Notes under the pieces: generated by a model | The model's input: only the letters and a program-made list of their open reading frames with translations | What the model was told of the DNA's origin: nothing | Database searches by the model: none | Program-made: the position numbers and the translations under genes | Shown here: piece by piece, positions 28,531 through 41,700 of the stretch | Position numbering within the stretch: the stretch's first letter is position 1 | Layout: each line of letters begins with the position of its first letter | DNA from: Trichoplax adhaerens | Taxonomy: Eukaryota > Animalia > Placozoa | DNA: 64,000 bases | Direction of reading: 5' to 3' | Assembly (NCBI RefSeq): GCF_000150275.1 | Contig: NW_002060961.1 | Coordinates: forward strand, 682,568-746,567

Positions 28531-30480
28531 CGATTATATACTTTTATGTTGATGGGGTTTCTATTAGTTCCATCAAGAACTGCTGTGCGCTTTCGATTTT
28601 TCTTTTTCACTTTCAAGCATTAAGTTATTATGGTGTTTAAGTTCTAGCAGCAAATGTTTGTTTCAAGATCTAGAATACCATAACATGTGGGTTTGAATCG
28701 TTTTGCAACAACTGGCATTTGATTTATACTAAACATCATGAAATAATTCCATAGCACAGCTTGGTAGGAAGCACGGGAGGCTAATTCTATCACCAAATAG
28801 ACAGTACTCTACTCTATATTCAGATGGAGCTCTGCTTAGGCAATGAAGTCAAGGATAAGCTTAGAATAGTAACGGAACAAATGGCATTTAATCTATTTGA
28901 ACTAGTTTACGACAGATATGCTTCTTTCTCAAATTCAAACTACATACCAATTGATTGCTTGTTGGGTATACGTATTTTGAGATTACTGTACAAGTAAATT
29001 GTGAATCGCAATGCAAAGATTTCATTTTTTTCTGCAGTATAAATTATTAGAATCAATTTTTCAATGCTGATATTGATCGAGAAAATTGTTTCTATTGGCA
29101 CCCTAGCATCGTGTTAGACATCATTTCCAAACATTCTCAGAGAAAATACTGACAGCAGATCTTATTTCAAATATGACAACAGAAAACAACAACTTGATCT
29201 TACTTATGCTTTTGATCGCTTTTACCAATTTTTCCATTTTAAAATAATAGTATTGGAAAGACTGTAGTCATGAGTAATATTACAAATAGAAAAGTCGGAA
29301 TATTTTCATCCAATAATCAACTATTACATTAGTAGTATTCCAATCATTTACTCGACGAAATGTTTGAGCTAGAATCAATGAGCCGTAAACTCTTGCCATG
29401 AAAGCCAATTTCTTATTGAATGGACTCCGATTTTGAATAGGTAATGGGGGTATTTTTACTTTTAAAATCATGAGTGGATTGCTTAAAGGAGTAAAGTCAA
29501 ATCAATAAAGTGGCTCTGTGGAGCGCAAATAATGAAAATTAATATATTATTTATCCTCACTCATTATTTAATGTCGTCGACAGATGTGTTAATTTGATGG
29601 AGTAAGAATAGGTGCAATGGCTATCGGACAACGTACTCGCTCAATATTCAATCATGGGTCAATATGAGCGAGATATCCTTACCCAATGTTGATCGATTTC
29701 GACAGGATAAAACAGACAGTGAAAAGAACAACATCACAACGGAGTATAGAACATAATTATTTCATCAAGTCGGGCTGACAGGAAGTCAATGAAAGTAACA
29801 ACCATGATATTTTACAGCTGCTTCTATCATGCAAATATCAAGTTGTTTTGACTTTCTGAAATAGGCTCTACAGTATAGCAAATCGATTTCAATTGACAAC
29901 AGGAATAAATCTTGAATGCGATAGTCTTCTTACATCTTATCCAACTATTAGTAAGTATAAAACGTACATGATGATAGGAAATTACTTTCCAGCTTATCGT
30001 TATTACAACTCGTTGGATGGCAGAAGATTTTATCATGGCAGCTTAGTAATCTTAGCTCATGACAGTAGTTGAAATACGGTTTTAGCTTAAAGTGAAAAAC
30101 TGGATGATGTCGATAGCAGTATATTTAGGCATGGTAACTAATAAGATTGGCAACTATTACAGAAGCGGTTACTCAAATTTACTTACTAAGTAGTTACTTC
30201 ATGGCGAATTTAAAAGCCTTCTACAGCAATATACCTATCAATAAGACAATTGCTCAGAATGACTTACTGAAATGGACACTTTCTTAATGGCCAAACTAAG
30301 GACTAATAATATACCTACCCATATGATAATCGCTCAGTTTTACTGGCTAAAATTGGTAGTTTCTTCATAGTCAATCTAAGAGCTAATAGTAGACCTATAA
30401 ATGAGATGATTGTTCAATTTTATTTACTGAAATTAAAGGTGGTTAAAAGATGATTTTAAAGCCCAATAACACAACTTCTC

Positions 30481-31220
30481 CTTGAAATCAATCTGCAAGA
30501 AGCAGTTATATTGTAGCTTCCATTATATATTCTTTTGCTCTACATTCAAAAATAATTTTTAATCTTCATAATTGAGCTTATACTTGAAATCAGTCTAAAA
30601 TAAGTCGTTATATTGTAGCTTGCACTATATATTCTTTTGCTCTACATTCAAAAATAATTTTTAACCTTAATACTTTAAATTAGTCTAAAATAAGCAATCA
30701 TATTGTAGCTTACTTGAAATCAGTCCGTAATAAGCAGTTATATTGTAGCTTCCGTTATATATCCTCTTACTCTATATTCGAAAATAATTTTTAATCTTAA
30801 TAATTGAACTTATACTTAAAATCAGTCTAAAATATGCAGTTATATTGTAGCTTCCTTTATATATTCTCTTGCTCTACATTCAAAAAAAATTTTTAATCTT
30901 AATACTTGAAATCAGTCTAAAATAAGCAGCTATAATGTAACTTCCGTTATATATTCTCTTGCTCTACATTCAAAAATAATTTTTAATCTTAATAATTAAA
31001 CTTGCAATCAGTCTAAAATAAGCAGTTATATTAGAACATCCATTTTATACACTCCTGCTCTATTTAAAAACGATTTAAACCTCAATAGAATGCATTCTTC
31101 TCATCAGTCTAAAATGCGCAGCCATATCGTAGCATTCATTTTATGCCCTCTTGATTTTTAATTCAATTTTTAAAACTTCGATAATTTTCCTATAAAGCAT
31201 TCTTCAATTAGTCCAAAATA
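30481..31220. repeat. Minisatellite with 90-102 bp units (about 8 copies) and higher-order structure
   Basis: CTTGAAATCAGTCTAAAATAAGCAGTTATATTGTAGCTT..GCTCTACATTCAAAAATAATTTTTAATCTT starts at 30481, 30583, 30673, 30713, 30815, 30905 and 31001, with diverged copies near 31098 and 31203. Confidence 0.92.
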
Positions 31221-31373
31221 TACATAAGGAGATAAATAAATCGTTACTGCTTTTATGCAGTAAAGGTTTAACTAATTCATTAGGGAAATCCTGTTAATAG
31301 ATTGCTTATTCTTCAACCCTTTTTATTATATACAACTTGTTCTTATTTCAATTTATTCTCTTCATCGATGCAG

Positions 31374-32769
31374 GAAGGAAAAATCATAAAATTAAATAAA
31401 GAAAATTTTAAAAAGGTCTAATCACTCGGCCAATATCCAATATGGTAGAAGATAATTTCCGTAGCTTGGCTAGCCAGTAATGGCTTCCGTTATGTCGTCG
31501 TATATTATTGTCGAGCTACTAGAAGATTTTCAATCACGTAAATAAACTTGGTACTCAGATTGAAGAGAAAAAGAAAATTTAAAACTCTGGTCATTCACAA
31601 TATTAATCTAAAGCTGAATCTTTGGGATTCGTTCTACCATCTTAAATCGGTAGTTTAATCCACATTTTCACTTCGACTGCCTTTGTTACATCTGTGACCA
31701 GAGGAGGCCAGTTTTTCTTGGTTATTATCCAAGCTATCTTCTCCATTTTTGCCTAGTTGATATCCGTATATACTTGTGTATCCTTCGTCATCGTTCGAAA
31801 CAGCTTCACATTTTCTTACAAGAAAATTTAATATATTGTTGATGGTTAGTGTTATCTCAAGTTTAGCCAGTAAAATATTTTCCAATTTTACAACATCGAA
31901 TATACTGTGGTAACGCCATCCTTAAATTAACAAATAAGCCAATTTGTTGAGTGGTATAAGTCTAGAATTGGAAATAATAAAGACGAAATTGAATATCTTT
32001 ATTAAGCTGGGAATACTACAGAAGATTGAAAGGACTACCACAATAGTAATACGGATATTGACTTGAATATTACGCAGATTATCGCTATTGTATTCTATCC
32101 TTAATCAAGCTAAATTGGTGATTTCAACTTGGATTTAATATTACCGATAGTCTATCTCAAGTTTCAATTACAAAAATTGAATGCTTTTTGATACAAATTC
32201 AATTTACCTTAGTGGATAATTCAATCGAAGTTTTTCAAGGATATTGATTACCTCAATATTAGCTTAGAAGTATACCATTTACTTTCTTCATTTACCTAAT
32301 CCAATTCTATTCTTAGACTGGCCATAACATTTTTAAAATTGTATTATCTATTTAATTTCCATCTGGATCAATTTTTTCTTCATCATAATTATTATTATTA
32401 TCATAATTTTTATTCTAAATCTAACAGTTTTTTTGTCCTATTTTAATTTTTTTGACTGTCAACTCATTTTTACTTATTTAAAGTAATCCTTTGGGGTTCA
32501 TTTTAACTGCTGTTAATCATTTATTGTACAATTTTTGTTCATTTTCCCTTTACAATTTTTACATAGACTTGGGTATTTGAAATTTTCACTTTGTTACTAT
32601 TTAGTGATTGCAATAGTAAAGCTATTGAACATTTATTTGCTATTTTATACGTTGTTCATGATTGATTCATTGGGCATCCCTTTCTATTGGATTAATCCTT
32701 TTTAATTTTAAAATTTTTTCTAATATAAGTTTATCTTTGCTCGATATATTTAATATCCGTTGATAGACA
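31374..32769 (+). promoter_or_regulatory. Putative long 5' UTR of the Fat gene with short uORFs
   Basis: Polypyrimidine tract and CAG acceptor ending at 31373; only 6 plus-strand ATGs in about 1.4 kb. An alternative acceptor exists at 32566. Confidence 0.5.
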
Positions 32770-35700
32770 ATGGCAAGGCCTGCGTTGATGTTATTCTCGA
32801 TACTCTTGGTATCAGCAAGTAGTCTGATAGTCTATGGCAACCAATGTCGATCAAATCATTTACCATCATTTATTTATAATCAAAATGATACAATAATTCA
32901 TCATTCGTTATTATTTACTAGTTTTTATTATAAGGGTAAAATTGATAGAATGACACCGATAGGAAGTATTGTTCAATTTATGATGCAACGTGTTGGCATC
33001 TATAGACCAAATTGCCAACAAAATCCAATTCAATATCAATTCGAAAATGACGTGGATGGATTATGGCAAGTTAGTACACGCTGTATCAACGATAATTTCA
33101 ATCAGCTTATAATTCAGAGTCGATCATCGTTAGAACATTATGAAAAAGAGTCCACAGCTACTCCATTCTCAAGCGTAACAAGACCGAACAATCAAGCTAA
33201 TTTAAAATCATCAACACATCACAACCTATATACTCTTATAGCATTGGATCAAAGCGCTAATAATGATAGTAATAGTAAGCAGCGCAATCATTTCCATTTG
33301 GGTTATAGTCAAATTTTAATTGAAATTGTCGATGAAAGAAATCGCCATATTCCGCTATTTCAGCAATCATTATATACAAGTATAATTTATTCTAATACAC
33401 CCGTAGGTACACCAGTAATTCAAGTTAAAGCAATAGATCAAGATAATGGTCTAAATGGGCAAATTATGTATCGTTTAGTAGAGGAAAATGCTTATTTCGC
33501 AATCAATTATATTACTGGATTTGTCTATGTTGTCCAAACGTTAAATATTAAATATGCTAGGCAAGTATTTCAATTCCAAGTGGAAGCACAAGATCGCGGC
33601 CCAATACCATATCGAAGTCAAGCTCGAGTCACTATCGATGTCATCAATGTTACAAGTTATCATCCGCCGCAAATTGAAATTATAACCATATGGCCATTGC
33701 CAACACCGGCATCTCGTTCTACACGTGTTGCAAAGTTATCCATTCGTGATGGTGATTATGGTCGTTATGGAACAATTTTAAATGTAGCAGTTCAAGTTAT
33801 TAACGATAATCGTGATTTATTTACTATGCAACGGGTAGAAAATCGCGATCAATACTATGTTGTCTTAAAGCAAGCATTTGAACAAGATGGACAACAAACA
33901 TCTACATCGGATGTTAATCAGTTTTATTTACGCGTTACTGCAACTGATAATGGCCGACCAGCATTAACATCGCAACTAAATTTTGTTGTATCGATTACGC
34001 CCAAAGTTAGGCGAATATTTTCAAGGGATAGCTATCAATTCCAGATTATGGATTGTGCACCACCTGGTATTGAAGTTGGTCGATTAGCTGCAACTGGTCA
34101 TAAAACAGGTGTTATCTATGCTATGCGAAATGGTAATGAAGAAGGTATATTTACCCTTTCCTCACAACATGGAATTCTCTTTACTAAGAAAAATTTATTA
34201 ACATATCAACAACGATCAAGCTATCGATTAGATGTATGGGGATATCGTAGCTTTAATGAAATTTATCAGGTAATCGTTATCGTTCAAGTTATTCCAGTTC
34301 ATCGTTATATACCACAATTTAAACCGTTGCCACCATCTGTTCTGACATTGACAACAACACAACAATTTGGTTATCAGCATCCAATTATTCAAATTCATGC
34401 TCAAGTTTATCATCCACCCTATTTGAATACCACGCAAGATATATTATATACCATCGTTAATAATCAATCTGTTCCATTTACTATTGGTCAGCATAGTGGC
34501 CTATTAACTCTAGATCAACAAGTTGATGAAATCCGTTGTCGTCAGTTACATGGCATACCCTTAATTATCCGAGCTCTAGATCAAGGTAATCCATATTATT
34601 ACCAATCACAAGTTATCATTACTTTAGGATGCCAATTAGACGATAATACTACCTTGCCATCACCGACTCGTGCCATACAACGTATATCTTCATCATATCA
34701 AATTGACAGTAATCAATATACGCCGCAATTTCGACGGCATCGTCAAAATTTACTGATTCTAAAGTTAAATAAAAATACACCACCATCGTCCAAACGTTCT
34801 ATTTATACTTTTTATGCTACAGACGATGATGATGGCTTAGATGGGTTAGTGATGTATGTATTATCCAGTGGTAATCATCATGGCTTCTTTTCGTTAGATT
34901 ATATCAGTGGAGAATTAAAATTGATAGAATCTTTAAATGAAACAACATGGAAGACATTTCAATTGGTTATTACTGCTTATGATGCAGGTTTGCAGCGCCG
35001 CTCTACTCAAACAACGTTGCAAATTCAATTAATTACCCCAGCTAATGGAGATGATAATTCCATTCTATATAATTCAACTATGATACCTTTTATACCAATA
35101 ACAAGTTATACACCGATTGATCATAAAATTGTAAATATCACATCCTATTTCAGCTTAAAAGGCAACATTTCTTATTCTCTATTGACTTATTTAGATTATT
35201 TCCAATTGGATAGAAAAAGTGGTATATTAAAAGCATTAGTCGAAACACCTACTAATCTGCAACAACAGTTTCATTTACTTATTTTATTACAAAACAATAG
35301 CCAAGGTGGATATTTAACTTATCGACACTTGGGAATAATGCGCGTTGCAAACATTAATTTTTATACGCCACAACTTGATCGATCCACTTATTATGTTTGG
35401 CTACCTAACGATATACCTGTGGCCAGCTATATTACTAGAATTCATGCTACTGATGGGGATTTTGGTGAAAATGGTGTTATAAGATATGCTCCAACACGTG
35501 GAGGCCATCGTAAATGGGTTGTCAATCGTGTGACTGGAACTATCTACTTGGGATCATCATTAACACAGCCGTACGAATATCAACAGCAATCATTTTTATG
35601 GCGCTATTTTCACTTTCTTTTACGTGCTAAAGATCGCAGTTTATTTCCTAAAGTTGACCGGTGTTATGTTGATATTGCTGTTGTACCACGCTTGCCTATT

Positions 35701-38700
35701 CGGCCTCAATTTTTGTCTGAGCAAATCCAAGTCAATATTTTCGAAAATACAACTGTAGGAACAGTTATTACTGATATTACCAGATATCTTCAAGTTCAAA
35801 AGATTGAAAATGCTGATCGCCATCATTATGTCTACCAAATTATCAATGGTAATGGATTAGAGTATTTTCAAATAAATTCAATCAATGGCAATATTACTAT
35901 CTTAAAATCATTAGATTATGAACTACATCATCAGCTTTGGTTAACTGTCCAAGTTACCGATAAGACAACTTTACCATTTCAATGGAATCAGCTGCTAGTG
36001 ATTATGAATATTATCAATATCAATGATCATCCACCATTACCAAAGCAAGCCATTTACCATCAAACTATTGAAGAAAATTCTCCAGTCGGATTTGAAATCA
36101 TTCATATCCAAGCAGACGATCAAGATTGCCTAGCAGAATCACCTGGAAAGATGTCATCTTTATGTCAATTACGATTTCATATTATAAAAGGAAATGAAAA
36201 TCAATACTTCTACCTCAATGTTAATACTGGTAGATTGACCATTGCTAAAACACCTCGCCTCAGTCAAAATGGCCAAGATTTTATGCTAATAATTTCTATC
36301 AGTGATGGTCGATGGCAAACTCGTGTGCGAATTCATATTCATTTAATTCGTCAACAAAAAGCAATCATCGCTTTTACTCAAGATCATTACAAGGTTGATA
36401 TTATTGCCCAATCATTAACAAGATTAAGTAATTTTATGTTGCGTGTACTAGCACTAAATCGGTATAATCCTGAGCAACGATTTTATTACACGTTATTAGA
36501 TGATCAATCGAGTAAATTTACAATTGAATCACATACTGGTATTATCCAATGTAGTGAGACATTAAATCAACAAAATCAGTATACACTGACAGTTGCTGCA
36601 CAAAAATACTCCAATATAACACAATCATTATCGCCTGTTATGGCGGCTAGGAATAATCCATCGAGTATTGCTACTATACGGGTCAGAAGTATTGGTCCAT
36701 CAGAGGTAACACCAATACCTCATTTCTGTGATAACTATCCCATCATTTTAAATGAAAATCTTCAAATTATGGCGGTAGTATGGTATCCTAAAATAACCTC
36801 TACGAATAAAACTCAATTAAATTATTGGATTCATGCAAGGAATGATAATTATACTTTTATTATCAGCACCGATACTGGTTTAATTCGCCTAGCTCATCCA
36901 CTTCATTACGATCAACAAAGCCGATATACATTGCATATATCAACGACAAATGGCTACCAAGTAGCCAAGTGTACGATTGAAATTTTTGTTCGTAATGTTA
37001 ATCACTATTGGCCCCGATTTCTACAGCGTCAATATCAAGCAATTGTTTCACTCACGACACCAATTGGTTTTACAGTGTTAATGTTGAGAGCTATTGATAA
37101 AGATCTAACGGAGAAAGTAACTTATTCACTGGATGATCATACACCTGATGTTATTCGAGAGTATTTTAATATCGAGAAAGATACTGGTCGAGTAATATTA
37201 ATGAAACAAATCTTGCCTTATCAACAACAGCAACAATTTACATTTACTGTTATAGCTTCCGATAATGGCCAACCACAGCATGAAGATGCTACACGAATAT
37301 TGATACTTGTTCATGATAATAGTTCAGAAGGAACTTATTTAAAATTTGCTCAATCACACTACACATTTCAAGTTCCTGAAGAAACAAAGATTGGTTTACC
37401 GGTCGGACAAGTTGTTGCATTAGTTACTTCGACCTCTCATTACTCGTTATTACCATCGCCTGCTATAAAATATCGAATTGTTAACAATGAAAGTGATTCA
37501 ACATTTTGTATCCATGAAAATACTGGAATGCTTTATGTAAATAAAGCACTAGCTTTTAATACTATTAGAAATAATGAAACAATTTTAAATTATCGCTTTA
37601 TTGTGATGGCATCAATCTTTTCTGAAATTAATATTACTGTTCAAGTTACTGTTTCGCCGGCAATCCTCTCCCATAATCATGTGCGACCACGATTTCAACA
37701 GCGATATTATACAAGTTATGTCAAAGAAGCGCAACCAGTTAATACATACGTAACTCAGCTATCGCTTGTTCAACCACAATTGATATCTTATTCAATTGTA
37801 AATCAAACTATCAATACTAAAGATATTCCTTTTCATATTGATCCATTAACTGGAATTGTTAGAACTTCAGTTCCATTGAATATACGAAAGATGCACCGCT
37901 ATACATTAGGAATTGCTGCTCAAGGGATAAATCAACTACAGGATCAATGCATACTTGAAATATATGTGCAAGATATAAATAATCACCATCCTGTTTTTAT
38001 TAATCAAAGTTATTTTGTGGGAGTAATTCAAGAAGAAGTGCCACTAGGGAGTTTAGTTTATCCCTTTAAACCTTCAACATCAATTGCAATGAATCCTACA
38101 TCGAGACCGTTACATGTCGTAGCTACTGATGATGATTTTGGACAAAATGGAAATGTTAGCTATAAAATTGTTTATCCATTAGATCACTCTCCATTTCGAA
38201 TTAACGATGATGGAACTATTCAAACGCGTCAACGAATTAATTTTGAAAATCAGAAAAGCTATACCTTGTTAATTACGGCATATGATCATGGAACACCTGT
38301 CCGCTATTACAGCCGAAGACCTGCTAAAGTTATTATTCATATCACCGATATTCATGATCAACCTCCAGTATTTTTACATAATCCATATCAGTTTCAGTTA
38401 TACACACCAACTTATGCAGGTGTAACAGTAGGCAGAGTAAGCGCACAATCTCATGGTTATGGAGCTCAACCTGTAAGATATTCCATTATGACAAGTAACC
38501 ATTCTAATTTTGAAATTAATGCTCAAAGTGGACATGTTAAAGTTGCAATCCAAAATCAATTACGTCGTGGCACTTATGAATTAGATATACTAGCATACGA
38601 TCAAATCTATCGTACTTTGGGCAAAGTATATATTCATGTCTTACCTTTAAAATCCACATTAAGATTTCATCAATCAATGTATAGAGTAAAACTTATGGAG

Positions 38701-41700
38701 AACCAAACTACCATTCAATCATTAATTAGAGTAACAGCAATTGGTACACAAGTTACAGATCGGGTCGAATATAAAATTTTAAATGCCAAAGAGCCACCAT
38801 TATTTCAACTTGATCCATGGAGTGGAGTCTTAACTAGTGTAGGATATCGATTCGATAGAGAAAAAACTCCTTATTATGTAGTTGTTATTCAAGCAAAGGA
38901 TCATCGCATTCCATCACGAACTGCACAAACATTTGTCAATATTACTATTGAAGATCAAAATGATAATTCTCCACAGTTCCTTAAATCACCCTATTATCAA
39001 GTAATCTATCGATACTGGAATGTAGGATATCGAATAATTCGATTGGAAACGTTCGATCCTGATCAGCAGTTTGAATACAAGCAAAGAAATTTAGCGATTG
39101 TATCTGGTAATGATAACGGCTTCTTTCATCTCGATTCTCAAAGTGGAATTCTATCTATCCAAAGAGATCTTACTTCAGCATTGCCTATGTATCAGATGAT
39201 AGTCCGTGTACAAGATAAGAATAATACTAATTTATTTTCAACAAGTCGGCTACTCCTTCGAATAACAAATAACACCCAGCCATTATTTGAATATCCAGCT
39301 TACACAGCTAATATCAGGGAAGATACCGCTATTGGTACTACAATACAACTCGTAAGAGCTCAATCTATTAATAACAATACTTTAACGTATACATTTGAAG
39401 ATACTGATGAATTAAATCCGTTAAGTATTGATTCAGATGGTCATGTAACTCTAAAAAATGAAGTTGACTATGAATTACAATCCACATATAATTTATTCAT
39501 TCAAGCTAATGATCCAGTAACTCAATTAACGACGGTTACCACACTCGATCTACATGTTATTGATATCAATGATCATGCTCCAATTTTTCTGCATAAAGTA
39601 TATGAGATTTCCATTAATGAATCGTTACCTATTGGGGTAATTGTTTTACGCGTAACGGCAATTGATGCAGACGACGGCCAAAATGGGAATATAACCTATT
39701 CACTTGTATCGTCTGCATCATCATTACAAGATCAGCAACTATTAACTTCTCGATTGCCATTTGAAGTCGATCCACTGACTGGTATTATAAAAGTAGCAGG
39801 ACCTTTAGATTATGAACGGAAGAAAGAATACGAGTTTGAAATTATCGCCCGGGATTTCGGTCAATCTCAGCGGCTTTCTGATACTACTTTAGTTTTGGTT
39901 CATATTTTAAATACCGATGATGAAGCTCCACAATTTGAGCAAGTCGTCTACACCAGTCAAGTTGATATTAAAGCTAATATTGGACAATTTATATTATGTG
40001 TTCAAGCTTTCGATGAAGACGAGAATAGGCAAATTACCTATTCTATTCAATATGGCAACTTTAATTCAACGTTTCGTTTGGATCCATTAACCGGTGTAAT
40101 TTGGCTAAATCGCTCATTAGAGCATCATCGACCCCCACTCCCAACGTATACTTTAATTATAGCAGCTACAGATGGTCGTTTAATTGGCCAAACCAGGGCA
40201 ATCGTTCGCGTCCTACAAAGAGCTGAGGATCATCAGCCTATATTTTCGCAAAATCTATATCGAGGTTCAATTGGAGAAAATCTACCCAGTGATACGTTGA
40301 TTACAACTGTCATGGTCACCAATCAATATAATCAGTCCATTGATATAGAGTACTATTACATTTTGGACGACTATGCAAGGGAATTGATTACTATTAATCG
40401 ACTGAACGGACAGTTAAGAAGTCGAAAAATTTTTGATCGAGAACTTCCGTTGCAGCAACGAATTCAATTTGCTTTATATGCTAAAACGTCTAGCTGTCGT
40501 ATCGCATGGACGGAAGTTGAAATTACTGTTTTGGATGAAAATGATAATCGACCATTATTTTTATTGCGGCGTTTCCAAGGTTTATTACCAGTTGGCAATG
40601 GTACTGGTGCTAAAGTCGTCACTGTTAAAGCTTTAGATCGTGATATTGACAATAATGCAATGATTCGATATCGAATCGACACCTCTAGTGCTAAAGATTT
40701 TTTCACCATCGGTCGACGTTCCGGCATTATCAGGACATTAGGCAATATTAATTCTATTATGAGTTTCGATTTTGTTGTACGGGCAACAGATATTGCTGAT
40801 ACAAGATTATATTCAACAACACAAGTGTCGATCTCGATGTATGATCCAAGCCAGATGAAACCTGAATTTCAGCATGCATCGTATGAGTATAGAATTAGTG
40901 AGGAAACATCAATGAAAACGGTTATAACCCAATTAAAAGCGCAATTTAGCAACGATAGCAATCGTATTTTGTCGTATAATTTAGCCAACGGAAATTGGTT
41001 ATCAACTAATAGCCTGCAAAATTTTACATTAATCAGCACAACTGGGCAATTGGTTACTGAGACGCTATTAGATCGTGAGATAGTGCAAACTTACAATTTA
41101 TATGCTGAAGCATGGGCATCACGTCAAGTACCGGCATTAACTGAAATTAAAATTACCGTCTTAGATAGTAATGATAATGCACCCCAGTTTACAAGCCGTT
41201 CCTATGTCATATGCATGGCAGAAGATGTCCCACTCCGTTATCGAGTGATTCAAGTTAAGGCTTCTGACGCAGATTTAGGTGATAATGCAACATTTCATTA
41301 CCAGTTTTCTCCTCCAACATCAGACATAAGTCAATATCGTCGATTTTTTATCGATCCGCAGAATGGTTGGATAACTACTGAAGGACAATTTGATCGTGAA
41401 CAACAATCACGTTATGAGTTAAGAATAGAAGCACTAGATCATGGCCCGATAATACAGCGATCATCCTATGTGATAGTTACTATTGATATTGCTGATGTAG
41501 ACGATTCACCGATACAGTTTAGCCAGCCTAGTTATCGAGTTGAAGTTCGAGAAGATGCAACAATAGGGTCTAGCTTATTGCAATTACAAGTAATCGATAA
41601 TGATTTATACCAACGTCATCAAGTTAACTATTATATTATACAAGGGGATCGAAAAAGATACTTTCAGTTAGATGAGAAATCTGGCCTGTTGACTTTGAAG

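Noticed and set aside
30481-31220. Possible CRISPR-like array or coding repeat (102 nt = 34 aa, TPR-sized)
   Set aside because: Whole units repeat with no unique spacers, the context is eukaryotic, the frames I translated contain stops, and the ORF track shows nothing here; it is a minisatellite.
13340-31370. Transposase or reverse-transcriptase remnants in the gene-free region
   Set aside because: No ORF fragment shows DDE, RT, integrase or helicase motifs, and I saw no long terminal inverted repeats.
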